A stretch of DNA of 64,000 nucleotides from Felis catus (Eukaryota), in the NCBI RefSeq assembly GCF_018350175.1, contig NC_058382.1, positions 61,196,001-61,260,000 on the forward strand, written 5' to 3'. Position 1 is the stretch's first letter. Every line of letters starts with the position of its first letter. Both the position numbers and the translations under genes were made by a program. The notes under the pieces are model-generated. The model worked only from the letters and a program-made list of their open reading frames with translations. It was not told the origin of the DNA and did not search any database. Of the stretch, positions 49,951 to 64,000 are shown one piece after another.

Positions 49951-51569
49951 ACCAAAGAGCCAGCATTGCCACACCTTCCATTTTTTTCCATGGAAACCAG
50001 AAACCAAATTTTTATAGGACAGTTCAGTAAAAACAATTTGCCAAACATGTGGGCCAAACAAAACAAATTAGATCTACAAATTCCTCCTCTGGATCCCCAC
50101 AGGCTAGTTCTCCGCAGGGTAGTATCCTCCCCACAGGCTTTCCTGGCAAGCCTGTTTGCTTTAATGCAGTTACCTGGACCCACCGGGAGATTCAGGTTCA
50201 AGAAACCAAGACCCTGCCCAAAGCATTTATGTTGCAGTATGTCTCGGTTCCTCAGGAGCCAAAAGAAGAAATTATTGATTAAACATAAGCCAAATGTGGC
50301 TTCGGAAAAATCCAGTGCCCTGGTGATGCTTGACGCCCTCCCAGAGAAGAAATGATGTGACCTTTTACTCCTAAGCCAAGCTGCTTGAAGTGACTCTCCA
50401 CCCTCCGCAGGACACCACCTGCCCCCCCACCATGTGGACCCGGAGAGTGATGGTGCACGGGTGAGGGTCTTCTTACCCTTGCAAAACTGCCGGAGGCTGC
50501 TGCTGAAAGGGAGGCGGCCCAGCCACCTTGTTTTCTGTCTGCTTCCTCTTCTACACAAGTGGCAGAAGTGGCCAGAGCAGGCCCACATTCTGACCCCTTC
50601 CCTTCTGCCTGTTACCCCAAGGCCAAGCCAGCCCCGCCTCAGCCCTGTGGTCAACCCCAGCTCTCCAGCATTCTTCACATTAGAATTTGGAACCACAACG
50701 AATTATCACATGCTTTGCTTCCACCGTAGCTCGTGACGCACGGCCCTCCCAAACCTCAGAGGAAGGACTGACTGCTGTGTGTGGCAAGAGTCAGATGTTC
50801 CTGGGACCCCTGGCCCCAGGACCACCGAGGCCACCCCGTCATTTTTAAAACTTTGGACCCAGTATCTTTTCTGTAGCCTACCGGTTTTTATGTCATTTTA
50901 AAATCGATATGAAGTATTCTTCTCTTCAATTTCTCACAAATCCAACTAGAAAGGTTGAGAGTAAAAATAAGTCTTCCTAAGACTTCTTTTCCTAGTGAGG
51001 GTGTCATAATATTGCATAATGTGTTTTATGTAATGAACGTCAGCTTGCAGAAAGCACGGAGCTTACTCAGCTGGGAGATGAATTGTGTACTCATTCAACA
51101 AATGCGTGGGTGCCTGCCGTGTGCTGGACAGCATTACAGCAGAGGCAGAACACAAATCTCTCAAACACTTTCATGGCCCAGATGGGGATTGAAAGACGGT
51201 CTTGTGGCTCTGCAGCTGGCATAAAACATTCCAGAAGCTTGGGTGGGTGGCCATGGTCAGGAAGTGATGTGACACCCATCTGCAGCCCCTCTCTGGGGTT
51301 TGTGAAGGAGCCATGGAGGCTTTGTCCTATGCAATCCCTGGAAACCAGCCCCTGTGGTACAGCTGAGCCCTACTGGTAAGGTGGTTGGGACGCCAGCCCT
51401 GGGGGGACCACAGTGCTCAGTGTCCGGAATGGTCCATTCACATCCTTTCGCTAATGCTGAATTCAGGGATGATTTAATAACAAATTCCCCAAACTGTCCC
51501 TGGGTACTTCAAGATATCTTTAGCTGAAGAGGAACTCACAAAAGATAATCTTGAATCTAATCTGAGTCC

Positions 51570-54500
51570 CCTTTTTATTTTTTTAGTAATCTCTACACCC
51601 AACGTGGAGCTCGAACTCATGACCCTGAGATCAACAATTACATGCTCTTCTGACTGAGCCAGCCAGGCACCCTCAAGTTCCCTTTTTAAGCGCATAAAAT
51701 TCACATATCTTTGATAAAGAATAACCCTAATGACATTGGAATTGCCATGATTGAGACCAGGGGTTCACCAACTGTGGTTCAGGGACCCCTGGAGGCCGCC
51801 CAAGACCTTTCTGGGGGTCAGCAAAAGTCTGGCAGTCTGGAGGGCATGGCTGCAGGCTGTCAGCAAAGGCAGCTATTCTCAAGAAGGCAATCCAGAGCCC
51901 TGGCGTCTGGAAGATTGAGTTGAATGTCACCAGACTGGAAGGTGTACCAGTTAACAAGGGAAGGAGGGAGAGAGGAGTGGTCCCACTGAGTCTGGGGAGA
52001 GGGTGAAAGGCTGTGTGCCAAGATAGAGAAGTACCAGGCCTCAGCAGTTTGGAGCTAGCAGATGGCCACTGGAGCTGTCCTGCAGGTCACGTATGTACCA
52101 GCCTGGTGGTGAGAAGCAGAAACCTTTGGAGATGAGCTTGCTGGAGGGGACGTCCAGGCCCAGGCGGCAGAAGCCCGGAGGATGTCAGTCACTCAGCACT
52201 TTCCTGGAGCAGGCAGCCTGGGAATGCTCACCCCTCCCTGCTTCACCAGCCTGCTCAGAGACAGAGACTGCGCTTTATGGGTACACGTATCTTTCAAAAC
52301 AATTATACGGCACTGGGGACAGCAGAGATGCTCAGTATTAAAGGAATTATTCAATGTTGTCCCTGAAACCCAGCTTTACTTTGCAACTTTAAAAAGTATT
52401 CAGAAAATAAAAGGACAGAAATGCTACCAGAAAAGAAAGAAAAGAAATGCTACAGGGCCGCTGCTGTGTTTCAGTGTTGAATACTGTGTCCCCTTCCAGT
52501 GACCCTGTGGGTGGCACCCACACTGTCCAGCAAGGCTGGCTTCTTGGCACCTGCTAACCACAGAGCTCCCAGGCGAATGTTTGAGTCCCTCCCTTCTGCC
52601 TGGAGACAGGTTACGCCCATAGTCTATGGGCTCTGGGTCACTTTGTTTATTCTGCTCAAGAAACTGTAACCTTGGGGCACCTGGGGGGCTTGGTTAAGCA
52701 TCCGGCTCTTGGTTTTGGCTCAGGTCATGATCTCAGAGGTTGTGGGTTAGAGCCCCACATTGTGCTCTGTGCTGACAGCATAGAGCCTGCTTGGGATTCT
52801 CTCTCTTCCTCTCTCTCTTTGCCCCTACCCTGCTCACTCACTCTCTCTCAAAATAGATAAACTTTTAAAAAGGATATTTAAAAAAGAATAATAATAGTAA
52901 AAATAATAGAGTCCCTTTCTCTGTGAAGTCGGCCCCGGCCACCCCATCTCACGCTTTGTCTCTGCGACCACTTACAATCTCACGGACCGTGTGCTTTGCT
53001 GACGTGGCTGACTTTTGTTTCTCACTAGAACAGAAGCTCAGTGAGGACAAGCATCTGTCCACTGCTGTGTCCCTAGCGCCTAGGTCGTGGCCACAGAGTA
53101 AGTACCTGTTAAGGGAAATTTCATTTTATCCCACAAAAATCTATTTTTTTCTCCAGGTTGTTTCATTTTCTGCGACTGCTTTGAGGGCCTCTCACCAATC
53201 CCCCAAAAGTCACCACCTGCCCCTTTCGCCCTCCCTCCCCTTCCCCATCTTTCCTTTAGAACCCGTAACAGCTCTGGGGAAGGGGGAGGGCTCTTTCCCC
53301 TACCCCTCTGTATCTCTCCTCCTTTCTTTTGGCCTGGTTTTGTCCCTTATCTTTTTGTTCTGCTCTACAGAACACGCGGGAATGAGCCAGCAGTCTCTGA
53401 GAACCAGGCGTTAGAAGGTCTCAGTGAACAAAGGCAAGGTTTTCCTTAGCGGGAGGCACACAAGGGAGAGACGTCTGGGAACACTGGCCTGTCGCTGTGT
53501 CTCTCCCTGTTACACTGCGGCTGTCCGAGTTCAGTGTGCCTCACGGCAACTTCTACGGAAGTAGGTCCACCGTTCATTTGCTGAAAAGCCATGATGGCCA
53601 TAGACCTCTAGGATCTAGCAAGCTGGTGAACACTCAGTGCCTTAATGGAAGGGCACAGAGACCTAGGACCGTCCTTGTTCAGGGGAAGAGCATGCTCTGT
53701 CCAACCCCGCGAAAAGGAGTCGCTCGGCTGCCTGCTGCTGACTGTGGGTCAGGGAGCGGAGACACGGCGGACCTGGTCACTGGCTACATCCTAGACCAGC
53801 AAGCAGAGGACCCTGTTGGCTACAGGGCACATTCAACTGCAAGCGGTCTGGGGGACCCTGGGCCTCTGGCTAGTGACGACTCCCCAGTAGCTAGTGAACC
53901 TGGACAGGCAAACCCCAACTTGGACCAACAACACCCCAAAAACCCAACATAAACTTGCATCTAAAGAAACGGGGCGGCTCGTGATGAGGAGACGAGGCGG
54001 GGGGTCCCACCCGCAGTGACTGGATCTAGGGGCGCAAACCAGGTTGCCCCACGCCTCACCTGCAGCCTTTGCTCCTTTACACGTGGGCCTCCTGGCTTTC
54101 TCCACAGGGTGGGAGAGGGGGGAGTGGCCTGCTCGGTCCATCCTCTCCATGACCCCAAAGGCAGTCCCTTCATCTTCAAACAGGAGCTCTAAGGAAGGAC
54201 GCCATTGGCTGGCTTTGCATTCCTGAACCAATCGTCGCGCGGATTAATGCAGCCCTAGGAAGGGCTGGGGTCGCGTGACCAGGGGATCAGGATCGGAGGG
54301 GTGGATGTTGCTGAACAGACGTGAACAACAGACAGCTTCTGTAATCATCACTGTGGTCCGCGGGCTCTCAGGAGACCCTCGGTGATGCCCACCCCCTGGA
54401 ATTCACACCCTGGGGCCGTCCCTGCCACACGCTCCACGTGGCGAAGAGCTCAGGTCTCCTGCCAACAGCCAGGTGAGGGCACCCCCTGGAGAGCCACCCT

Positions 54501-57500
54501 CCAGCACCAGGAAAGCTTCTCCTGGACCGCACCCTTGGGTAAGAGCCAAAACTACTTTCTCAACCACACCCGGACGCCCAATCCTCAGAAAACCGTGTGA
54601 CACAATGAACACTGTTCTAACTTGCCAAGTGTCAGGCTGATTTGTTCCATAGCAACGGACGGCCGATCGAAGCAACACAGCAAGCTAAGTTAATACATTC
54701 AGTAAGTGCTGTCCAGAGCTATGAGGGGTAGCAGTCCGCAGAGAGGGCGTGGACCCTGCCCTTTCCAGGTGTCCCCCGAGACACTGGTCCAGAATCTCAC
54801 ACCCAGCAGTCTAGTGAAACACGGAGCATACGTGGCTCTTTAGTCACACACAAATTTCTATACAGGTTGTTTGCGAGTAGAAATGGACTTTTTATCCCTT
54901 TAAGAACAAAATCTGTGATTACAAAATCTCATACATATGGTGACTAAAACCCAGCTAACAAGCGATATGAGAAGACGTCACTTCGTAAGAAAGATCTTTA
55001 GTTCAGAAACAAAACCTCCCAAAATTCAAAGAAATGAACGAGTTTATTCAAATGCTCCACAAGGAAGTATATCTTATAGAAGACGTCCTAATATTGGCCA
55101 AATACCTCGTTGTAGAACAGGCCACTCAGAGCTCTGTGACTCAGCCTCGGCAGCAGGAACTCAGCAGAGTGACTCTGGGAGCAGTGCTTGCACCGTGCAA
55201 CCGTCCCAGGGCCTCAGAGGCCAGGGCAAGTGTGGAAGCACCTGTTCTAAGAAAAGAGAAACAGCTTACTTTACTTGCTGCCAAGCTGCCCAATTTAGGA
55301 AGAAGCAAATAATTGCTCTGAAAGGAGAAAGGAAGCCTAGATATTAAAACCAAAAACAGCCCAAAAGATCAATTTCTGTCTTGACTGCTAACGTGTCATT
55401 CCTGTTTTACAGACAAGGAGGACAGATGGGGAGCAGCTTGCCTGAAGCAGGAACTTGAGAGCCCAGGACCCCCACCAGCCAAGGAACAGCTGCAGGGGTG
55501 GGAGCAGCAGAGGTCCTCTCTGCTCCTTCCTTCCACATCCCCCACCAAGGGTCGCCTAGCTCACAAACACACCTGGTGTCGGAGTGGCAATGCAGGAATC
55601 TAGGACATGGGACTGCAACCCGTTCACCGTGAGGTTGCCTCTGCCAGTTAAGGGAAGCCGCGTCCTGATGGACACTGAGTGCACAGAGCCGAGGAAGGAC
55701 AGTTGAGTAAACAGAGGTTAAGAGGGGGGGCACCTGGGAGCTCAGTCGGTTGAGCATCCGAGTCTCAGGTCATGGTCTCGTGGTTCGTGGGTTTGAGCCC
55801 CACGAGCCTGCTTGAGATTTTGTCTCCCTTTCTCTCTCGGCCCCTCCCCTGCTTGCTTTCTCAAAAATAAATGAATAAACATTTTGAATAAATGAATCGA
55901 TAATCTGTTCTTCCAGAATCTCATTTGCTATGACATCCCAGGAATAACTCCCAGATACGAATGACTTCCGGCTTCATGAGCTGTTTTCACGTACTTTTAT
56001 TGTATTTTATCTTTATGACGAGACTGTGGGAACCCCAAGGCTGCTATTAGCCTCACTCTGTAGATAATTATTATCCCCATTTTAATGATGAGAAAATTCA
56101 GGCTCTGACAAGGTAGTAACTTGCTCAACGTCATAGGATGAGGACAGAAGCCAGCGTTGTTTCCACAGAGGTTGGCCCCTTGCCACTACTCGGTATTGCT
56201 TCCCACTGACTTGTCAGTCAACAGAGACCACAATAACAATTTCTCTTCAAGCAGTATTAGCGGGATCCTAGCTTATACTCTTCCTAAACACATTCCTAAA
56301 CACATACACATCCTAAACACATGTTAGAGGCTTTGGGTGATGAGGGAACAGGGATGGGAGGGGGGCTTGGTCGCTTCCTGTCAGGGCACATTGCACAGCT
56401 TTGATAGGGTGCAAGAAACCACTCTCTCGGAAGTTCGGTTCCGGTCACAGGACTGGTCTGGGCACAGTGAGGGCAGGACGCAGTGAGCCGGAAGGCAGAA
56501 AGTGGGTGGGACAATTTAACCAGCAAAGAAAAAAACAGTGGAGGGAAGGCTGGGGAGGAAGGATTGACGGTGAAGGACCAGGGTAGGAGGACATAAAAAA
56601 CAAAAGGAAAGGCAATTAGTTCAGTTGTGTGAATCACAGGCAGCCCTGGGCCGAGGGGCTGCTCCCTCCACGAACCAGCCACGAACAAGAATCTCTACAG
56701 AGGCACCAGTTGCTGGGGAGCTGAGCACCCATAATCCAGACACTGAATTTTAAAAATGTCCCCAAAGGTGCCTGGAGGGGCCAATCGGTTAAACGTCTGA
56801 CTCCTGACTCTTGACTTCAGCTCAGATCAAGATCTCACCCTTCGTGGAATCAAGCCCAGGGTCAGGTTCCAAGCGGACAGCAGGGAGCCTGCTAGGGATT
56901 CTCTCCCTCTCTGCCCCTCCTCTGCTCCCATGCATGCACCAGCGCTCTCTCAAAATAAATAATCACTTAAAAGGTCCCAAAGTTTTCAGCAGTGAGGGAG
57001 GGGAAGGATATACAAATCATGCTACTTTTGTAATACACAAGGAACAATGGTGGGGAGCAGCGCAGCCCCAGAAACCAGTCCGACCAGCTCTGAGGCTCTG
57101 CACTATCACTCCTTAGCTGTGACCTTGGATGGGATTTAATGTGTTTGAGTCTGTTGCCTCATCTGTAAAGTAGATATTAAAAGTACTTCAGAGTTGTGAA
57201 TATTAAGAGCATCTGATAGCGAGCCAGGCACCAGTTAGTACTAAGACTGCCTGCAGGAATTTCCAGAATACAGAAAGAAAAGCACATGGAGAGCCTGGGT
57301 GGCTCAGCCTGTTAAGCATCGGACTTCGACTCTGGTCAGGATCTCTCCGCTGCTGAGTATGAACCCCGCAGAGGACTCTGTGCTGACATCTGAGAGCCTG
57401 GAGCCTGGAGCCTCCTGCTTCAGAGTCTGTGTCTCCCCTCTCTCTCTCTGCCCCTCCCCCACTCATGCTCGCTCGCGCGCTCGCTCTCTCAAAATTAAAC

Positions 57501-57525
57501 ATAAAATTTTTTTTAAGCAAAAAAG
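51570..57525. mobile_element. Intergenic repeats: SINEs (51570-51672 -, 52674-52890 +, 55725-55890 +, 56766-56970 +, 57289-57525 +), MLT fragment (~54370-54660), MIRs (~56060-56150, ~57105-57240)
   Basis: SINE motifs; MIR cores attatccccattttaatgatgagaaaattcaggctc and tagctgtgaccttgg...ctcatctgtaaa. Confidence 0.7.
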
Positions 57526-57964
57526 AAACACGTTACCATAACCCTACCTCTGTAAGACATCCACCTAGTTTTTGGTTTTTCTACTCAACAAGCTTTTCAG
57601 CTCTGAGCAGTCAGCAGCGTCAAAGCTAAGCACTAAAGCCCTGGGCCTCACGCAGGCTGGGAAAGAGGAGGAAAGATGCAGACAGCGGCGGCCAGGGGCC
57701 GGGTCTGCCTGGGCCAGCGACGAACCAAAAGGCCCCTCCCTCCTGTCTCGGGCTGGGGACGACTTCCAGAAGTCTTCGTGCCCTCCGCAGAAAATAACTA
57801 GTTAAGGTGGCTATCTGTCCGAAATTAAACGTCCTCAGGACGAGGCTCCTGCCTGCGCAAGGGCGCCCGGCCACCCTCCCTGCTCTGACCGCGAGCCCCG
57901 CGGGCCCCTTTCAACTGCCCGGCGGCGCGCTGCCGCCTGACCCCCGGAGACCCGCGGACGGACC

Positions 57965-58095
57965 AGGGTCCGGTTCCGGTCCCGGGAGGGGGAGTTCGGG
58001 GTCCGAGTCCGGGTCTCGTGGGGTCTGGGGGTTGGGGTCCGAATCCCAGTCCCGGGAGCGGGTTGAGTCCGAGTCCGTGTACCGGTCCCGGGTGA
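57965..58095. repeat. Degenerate hexamer repeat (GGGTCC/GAGTCC)n
   Basis: gggtccggttccggtcccggg...gggtccgagtccgggtc...gagtccgagtccgtgt. Confidence 0.6.
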
Positions 58096-58393
58096 CGGTC
58101 CAGTCTTTTGGGCGCGTCTCCCTCCTTGCTCCGCCCGGGAAAAGGACGGCCGCCCCAGCAGCGGCGCCCCTGGCCGGCGTGGCTGCAGGATGCAGCCCGG
58201 CGCAGAGTCACGGCACTCTTCCTCCAGGGCTCTATGCGCGGTGCCCCGCACAGGCTGCCACCTAATAAACCGCTAGGTTACGCCAGTCCGGTCGGGGTTG
58301 CGGCGGGGCGTGGGGGGCACAGAGCCTTGGCAGCCCCCACCGCGCAGGCGCTCCCGGGTAGCCCGACTGCGCAGGCGCCGCTTCCGCGCCAAC

Positions 58394-58576
58394 ATGGCGG
58401 CCGTGTTGCTGCTGCTGCGTGCCCTCCGTCGGGGCCCGACTGCGGGGCCCGGGCGACTGCGGGGCTCCTGCTCGGGCTGGAGCCCAGGCCTCACCACCGA
58501 AGGCGGGAGGAGGTGCCAGCACTTCGTCTACAGGCCTCCGATCCGACTCGCGGGCGCCGGAGGCCAAGCCAAGCAG
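58394..58576 (+). CDS. SPG7: Paraplegin (m-AAA protease subunit) coding exon 1, mitochondrial targeting presequence
   Basis: ATG at 58394 in gccaacATGG context; encodes MAAVLLLLRALRRGPTAGPGRLRG...AGGQAKQ, resembling the recalled human paraplegin N-terminus (MAVLLLLLRALRRGPGPG...); 183 nt, ends at CAG|GTAACC donor; lies in a CpG island. Confidence 0.96.
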
Positions 58577-58929
58577 GTAACCGCCGACCCCAGGCTGGGA
58601 CCCTGCCCCCTTCCTGAATCTGGGCCGGGCCTCTCCCGCCCCGCCTCCGCCCCGGCTGGGTCCCTCCCCCTTCCCCTGATCCCCCTCCCCAGCCCCGGCC
58701 AGGCCCCTCCCCCTCCCCCATAGGCCTCCCCCACTCTCCCCGCGCCGCCGCCGGCCCCTGAGCCCGAGCGGTGCCTTCCAGTCCAGTGATGCGGGGTGGT
58801 ACGGAAGGGCCGGGGCAGCCTTGGAGAGACTCCGCACAGGCTCCAGCTTGGATTTTTCCAGCCCTTATTTCCTGTATTGATATTTTCTGCCTGTTTGCCT
58901 GAATTCCTGGCATCTTAAAATTGAATCCA

Positions 58930-59053
58930 GGGGCGCCTGGCTGGCTCAGTCGGTGGAGCGTGAGACTCTTGATCTCCAGGTTGAGTTCGAGCCCTACATT
59001 GGGTGTAGACATTACTTAAAAATCTTTTTTTTTTTTTAATTATTTATTTTTGA

Positions 59054-59088
<35 letters not shown>

Positions 59089-59530
59089 TATGAGCGGGGG
59101 AGGGGCAGAGAGACAGGGAGGCACAGAATCCGAAGCAGGCTCCAGGCTCCAAGCTGTCAGCACAGAGCCCGACCTGGGGGGCTCGAACTGATGAACTATG
59201 AGATCATGACCTGAGCCAAAGTCGGACGCTTAACCAACCGAGTCACTCAGGCACCCCTAAAAATAAAATCTTAAAAAAAAATAGATAAATGTGGGGCTCC
59301 TGGGTGTCTCAGTCGGTTGAACATCCGACTTCGGCTCAGGTCATGATCTCGCGGCCTGTGAGTTCGAGCCCCACATCGGGCTCTGTGCTGACAGCTCGGA
59401 GCCTGGAGCCTCCTTCCGATTCTTTGTCTCCCTCTCTCTGCCCCTCCCCCACCCATGCTCGCGCTCTCTCTCTCTCTCTCTCTCTCTCTGTCAAAAATAA
59501 ATAAACATTTAAAAGAATGTTTAAAAAAAT
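58930..59530. mobile_element. Three adjacent SINEs in SPG7 intron 1 (58930-59025 +, 59026-59257 -, 59293-59530 +)
   Basis: SINE motifs; TSD aaaaaatagataaat around the third copy. Confidence 0.9.
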
Positions 59531-60696
59531 AGATAAATAAATTGAATCTACTAAAAGTTTCACTGATTTTAGCGGAGAACAATTTCACAATTGGCTCATT
59601 TGGATCTGATCTCCTGAGGATTAGTTCCAAATAGTACTTGGCGTTCGGTTCGAAGTGGGCTGAGGTTTTGTGAGCCAAACACCACGTGATTGTATTTGAC
59701 TTTTGTCTTGTAGCTTAACGTGTTAGGAACTCAAAATCACGGAGCATTCTCTGGCCAAGACTGTTTAGGCTCTGCTCAGGTTAACTCTTCATCCAGAAAA
59801 CAAAGACCCTAAGTCCTGGTGCCTTTATGGCTGATTTTTTTTTACGCAGTCTTAGGAGCTCAGCCTTGACATCCTAGGTCATAATTTATTGTTGTTATTA
59901 TATTTTATCATAACTTGAGGACCAGTTTGAATTATAATTCTCTTCTTTTCTAGCTTACTGGCTGTCCTTCTTTAACCTGAGGGCAACTGTAGACGTATGA
60001 CCTTTTTTTCCTGCCTTTTAGTTCCGTTGAAAAGGAAGTTCGTGCTTTATTATCATCAGTCTGAACCTGTGCTCATTTTATGAAAATAACTGATGTAGTC
60101 AGGTCACACAGTGTGAAATCTCAGCAGGTTACCTCGCCAGTGGCTGTAATAGTAGTAAAACTAAAGTAACCTGGTTTAAGCAAACTGTTTGGGTCTGACT
60201 TTCAAGAATGACAATTTTTGTTTTGTTTTGTTTGCTGTATCTTTCACACTGATGTTAGTCATTTGTTGGGTCCAGTCCACGTTGCGTGGCCACCTCTTCT
60301 ATGCCTGCTGCGTCTCACCCAACCAAGAATGTTAGTTTTAGTTAAATGGGACAATAACTCGATAGACTAGGAATTTGCCTCTTGTTGCTAACGGGAGGTT
60401 ACATGTTATGTGCTTGTTACCAGAAAGCATTGAGCAAGGTGTTACTTTTCTTGATAGCAGCGGGACAGGGATGAACTGAGGGAGACATCAAAAGCAGATG
60501 AAGAAACTGCCAACAAAGAGAAAAAGTTAAGTTGGATCATTGACCTTAACATAAACGTATTCAAGTGGGAAAATGCTCACCCTGAGAGCAGAGCTTTGGA
60601 AAGACAGGCCAGTGAGCTGCTGTAGAGCCAGAAACGCTCTGCGTGGAACTGCTGTCTGGAGATGTCAGGATCAAGGGCCCTGGGCTCTCACAGCTG

Positions 60697-60698
<2 letters not shown>

Positions 60699-60743
<45 letters not shown>
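60699..60743. repeat. (TG)n microsatellite, SPG7 intron 1
   Basis: Directly visible in sequence. Confidence 0.95.
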
Positions 60744-60745
<2 letters not shown>

Positions 60746-60926
60746 TGTGTCTCTGTGTGCTTTTCCAGACTGTGATCCTTGGGTACAGAGTGGTAGCCAG
60801 CGCTCCCTGCCTGCCCCTCAGTATTTCTTGCGCTCACTCACATCACGCTTGACGTTTTGATGTTACATTAAAACTCTGAAATGATGCTCAGGCCATTCAT
60901 GTTTCAGGGCCATGTAAGCACAATAA

Positions 60927-61148
<222 letters not shown>

Positions 61149-61329
61149 TAGAGAATTGATAGGCAAATCCTGTGACATTTGTAAATAAGTTAGGATATCG
61201 TTGCTAGTCTGACATCGGCAGAGAAACAAAATCACTGAGATGACTTTTGGCTTTTTTTTAATTAAAAAAAAATTTTTATTTACTTTTTATTTGTTTTTAT
61301 TTTTTATGTTTTTAATGTTGATTTATTTT

Positions 61330-63907
<2,578 letters not shown>

Positions 63908-64000
63908 ATCTCCAAGCTCGTGAGAGATGGGTCTTAACTCCCGGAAGCCACCCGTGTGGTCATTGGCTGGGTTCCGTGGAGACATTTCTTAGATATTTCT

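Larger units (their letters stand above)
57840..58830. promoter_or_regulatory. CpG island / SPG7 promoter
   Basis: CpG-dense; two NRF1-type GCGCAGGCGC motifs (58342-58351, 58369-58378), ETS-like CTTCCG at 58381, YY1-like AACATGGCGGC overlapping the start codon (58391-58401). Confidence 0.9.

Noticed and set aside
54643..54656. X-box-like gttccatagcaac
   Set aside because: Falls at the MLT LTR 3' terminus, where a similar sequence is inherent to the repeat
57626..59012. Multiple 128-191 aa ORFs around the SPG7 start
   Set aside because: CpG-island artefacts; only 58394-58576 matches paraplegin
60444..60535. Purine-rich segment after a pyrimidine tract and AG in SPG7 intron 1 (possible cryptic or alternative exon)
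   Set aside because: No convincing donor nearby and no other support

Overview
Mammalian (felid, very probably domestic cat) genomic DNA, identified by about 60 tRNA-Lys-derived CAN-SINEs of SINEC_Fc type. It is the head-to-head ANKRD11 / SPG7 locus (orthologous to human 16q24.3). Positions 1-46.4 kb are intron 1 of ANKRD11 (minus strand), whose non-coding exon 1 lies in a CpG island at ~45.5-47.5 kb. After an ~11 kb repeat-rich spacer, a second CpG island holds SPG7 (paraplegin) exon 1, followed by coding exons 2 and 3 with canonical GT-AG boundaries (183/103/90 coding nt). Most of the rest is SINE, L1, L2, MIR, MaLR LTR and DNA-transposon debris, and nearly all entries in the ORF track are non-coding. 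I found no convincing new multi-gene system. The best leads concern ANKRD11 RNA processing: candidate recursive (AG|GT) splice sites in intron 1, short Arg-rich uORFs in exon 1, a GC-rich minisatellite of 5'-splice-site-like motifs just after the exon 1 donor, and a strong acceptor preceding a 195-codon ORF with a hydrophobic N-terminus. Gene and repeat-family names come from recall of known sequences, not database searches. Repeat boundaries are approximate unless TSDs are given.
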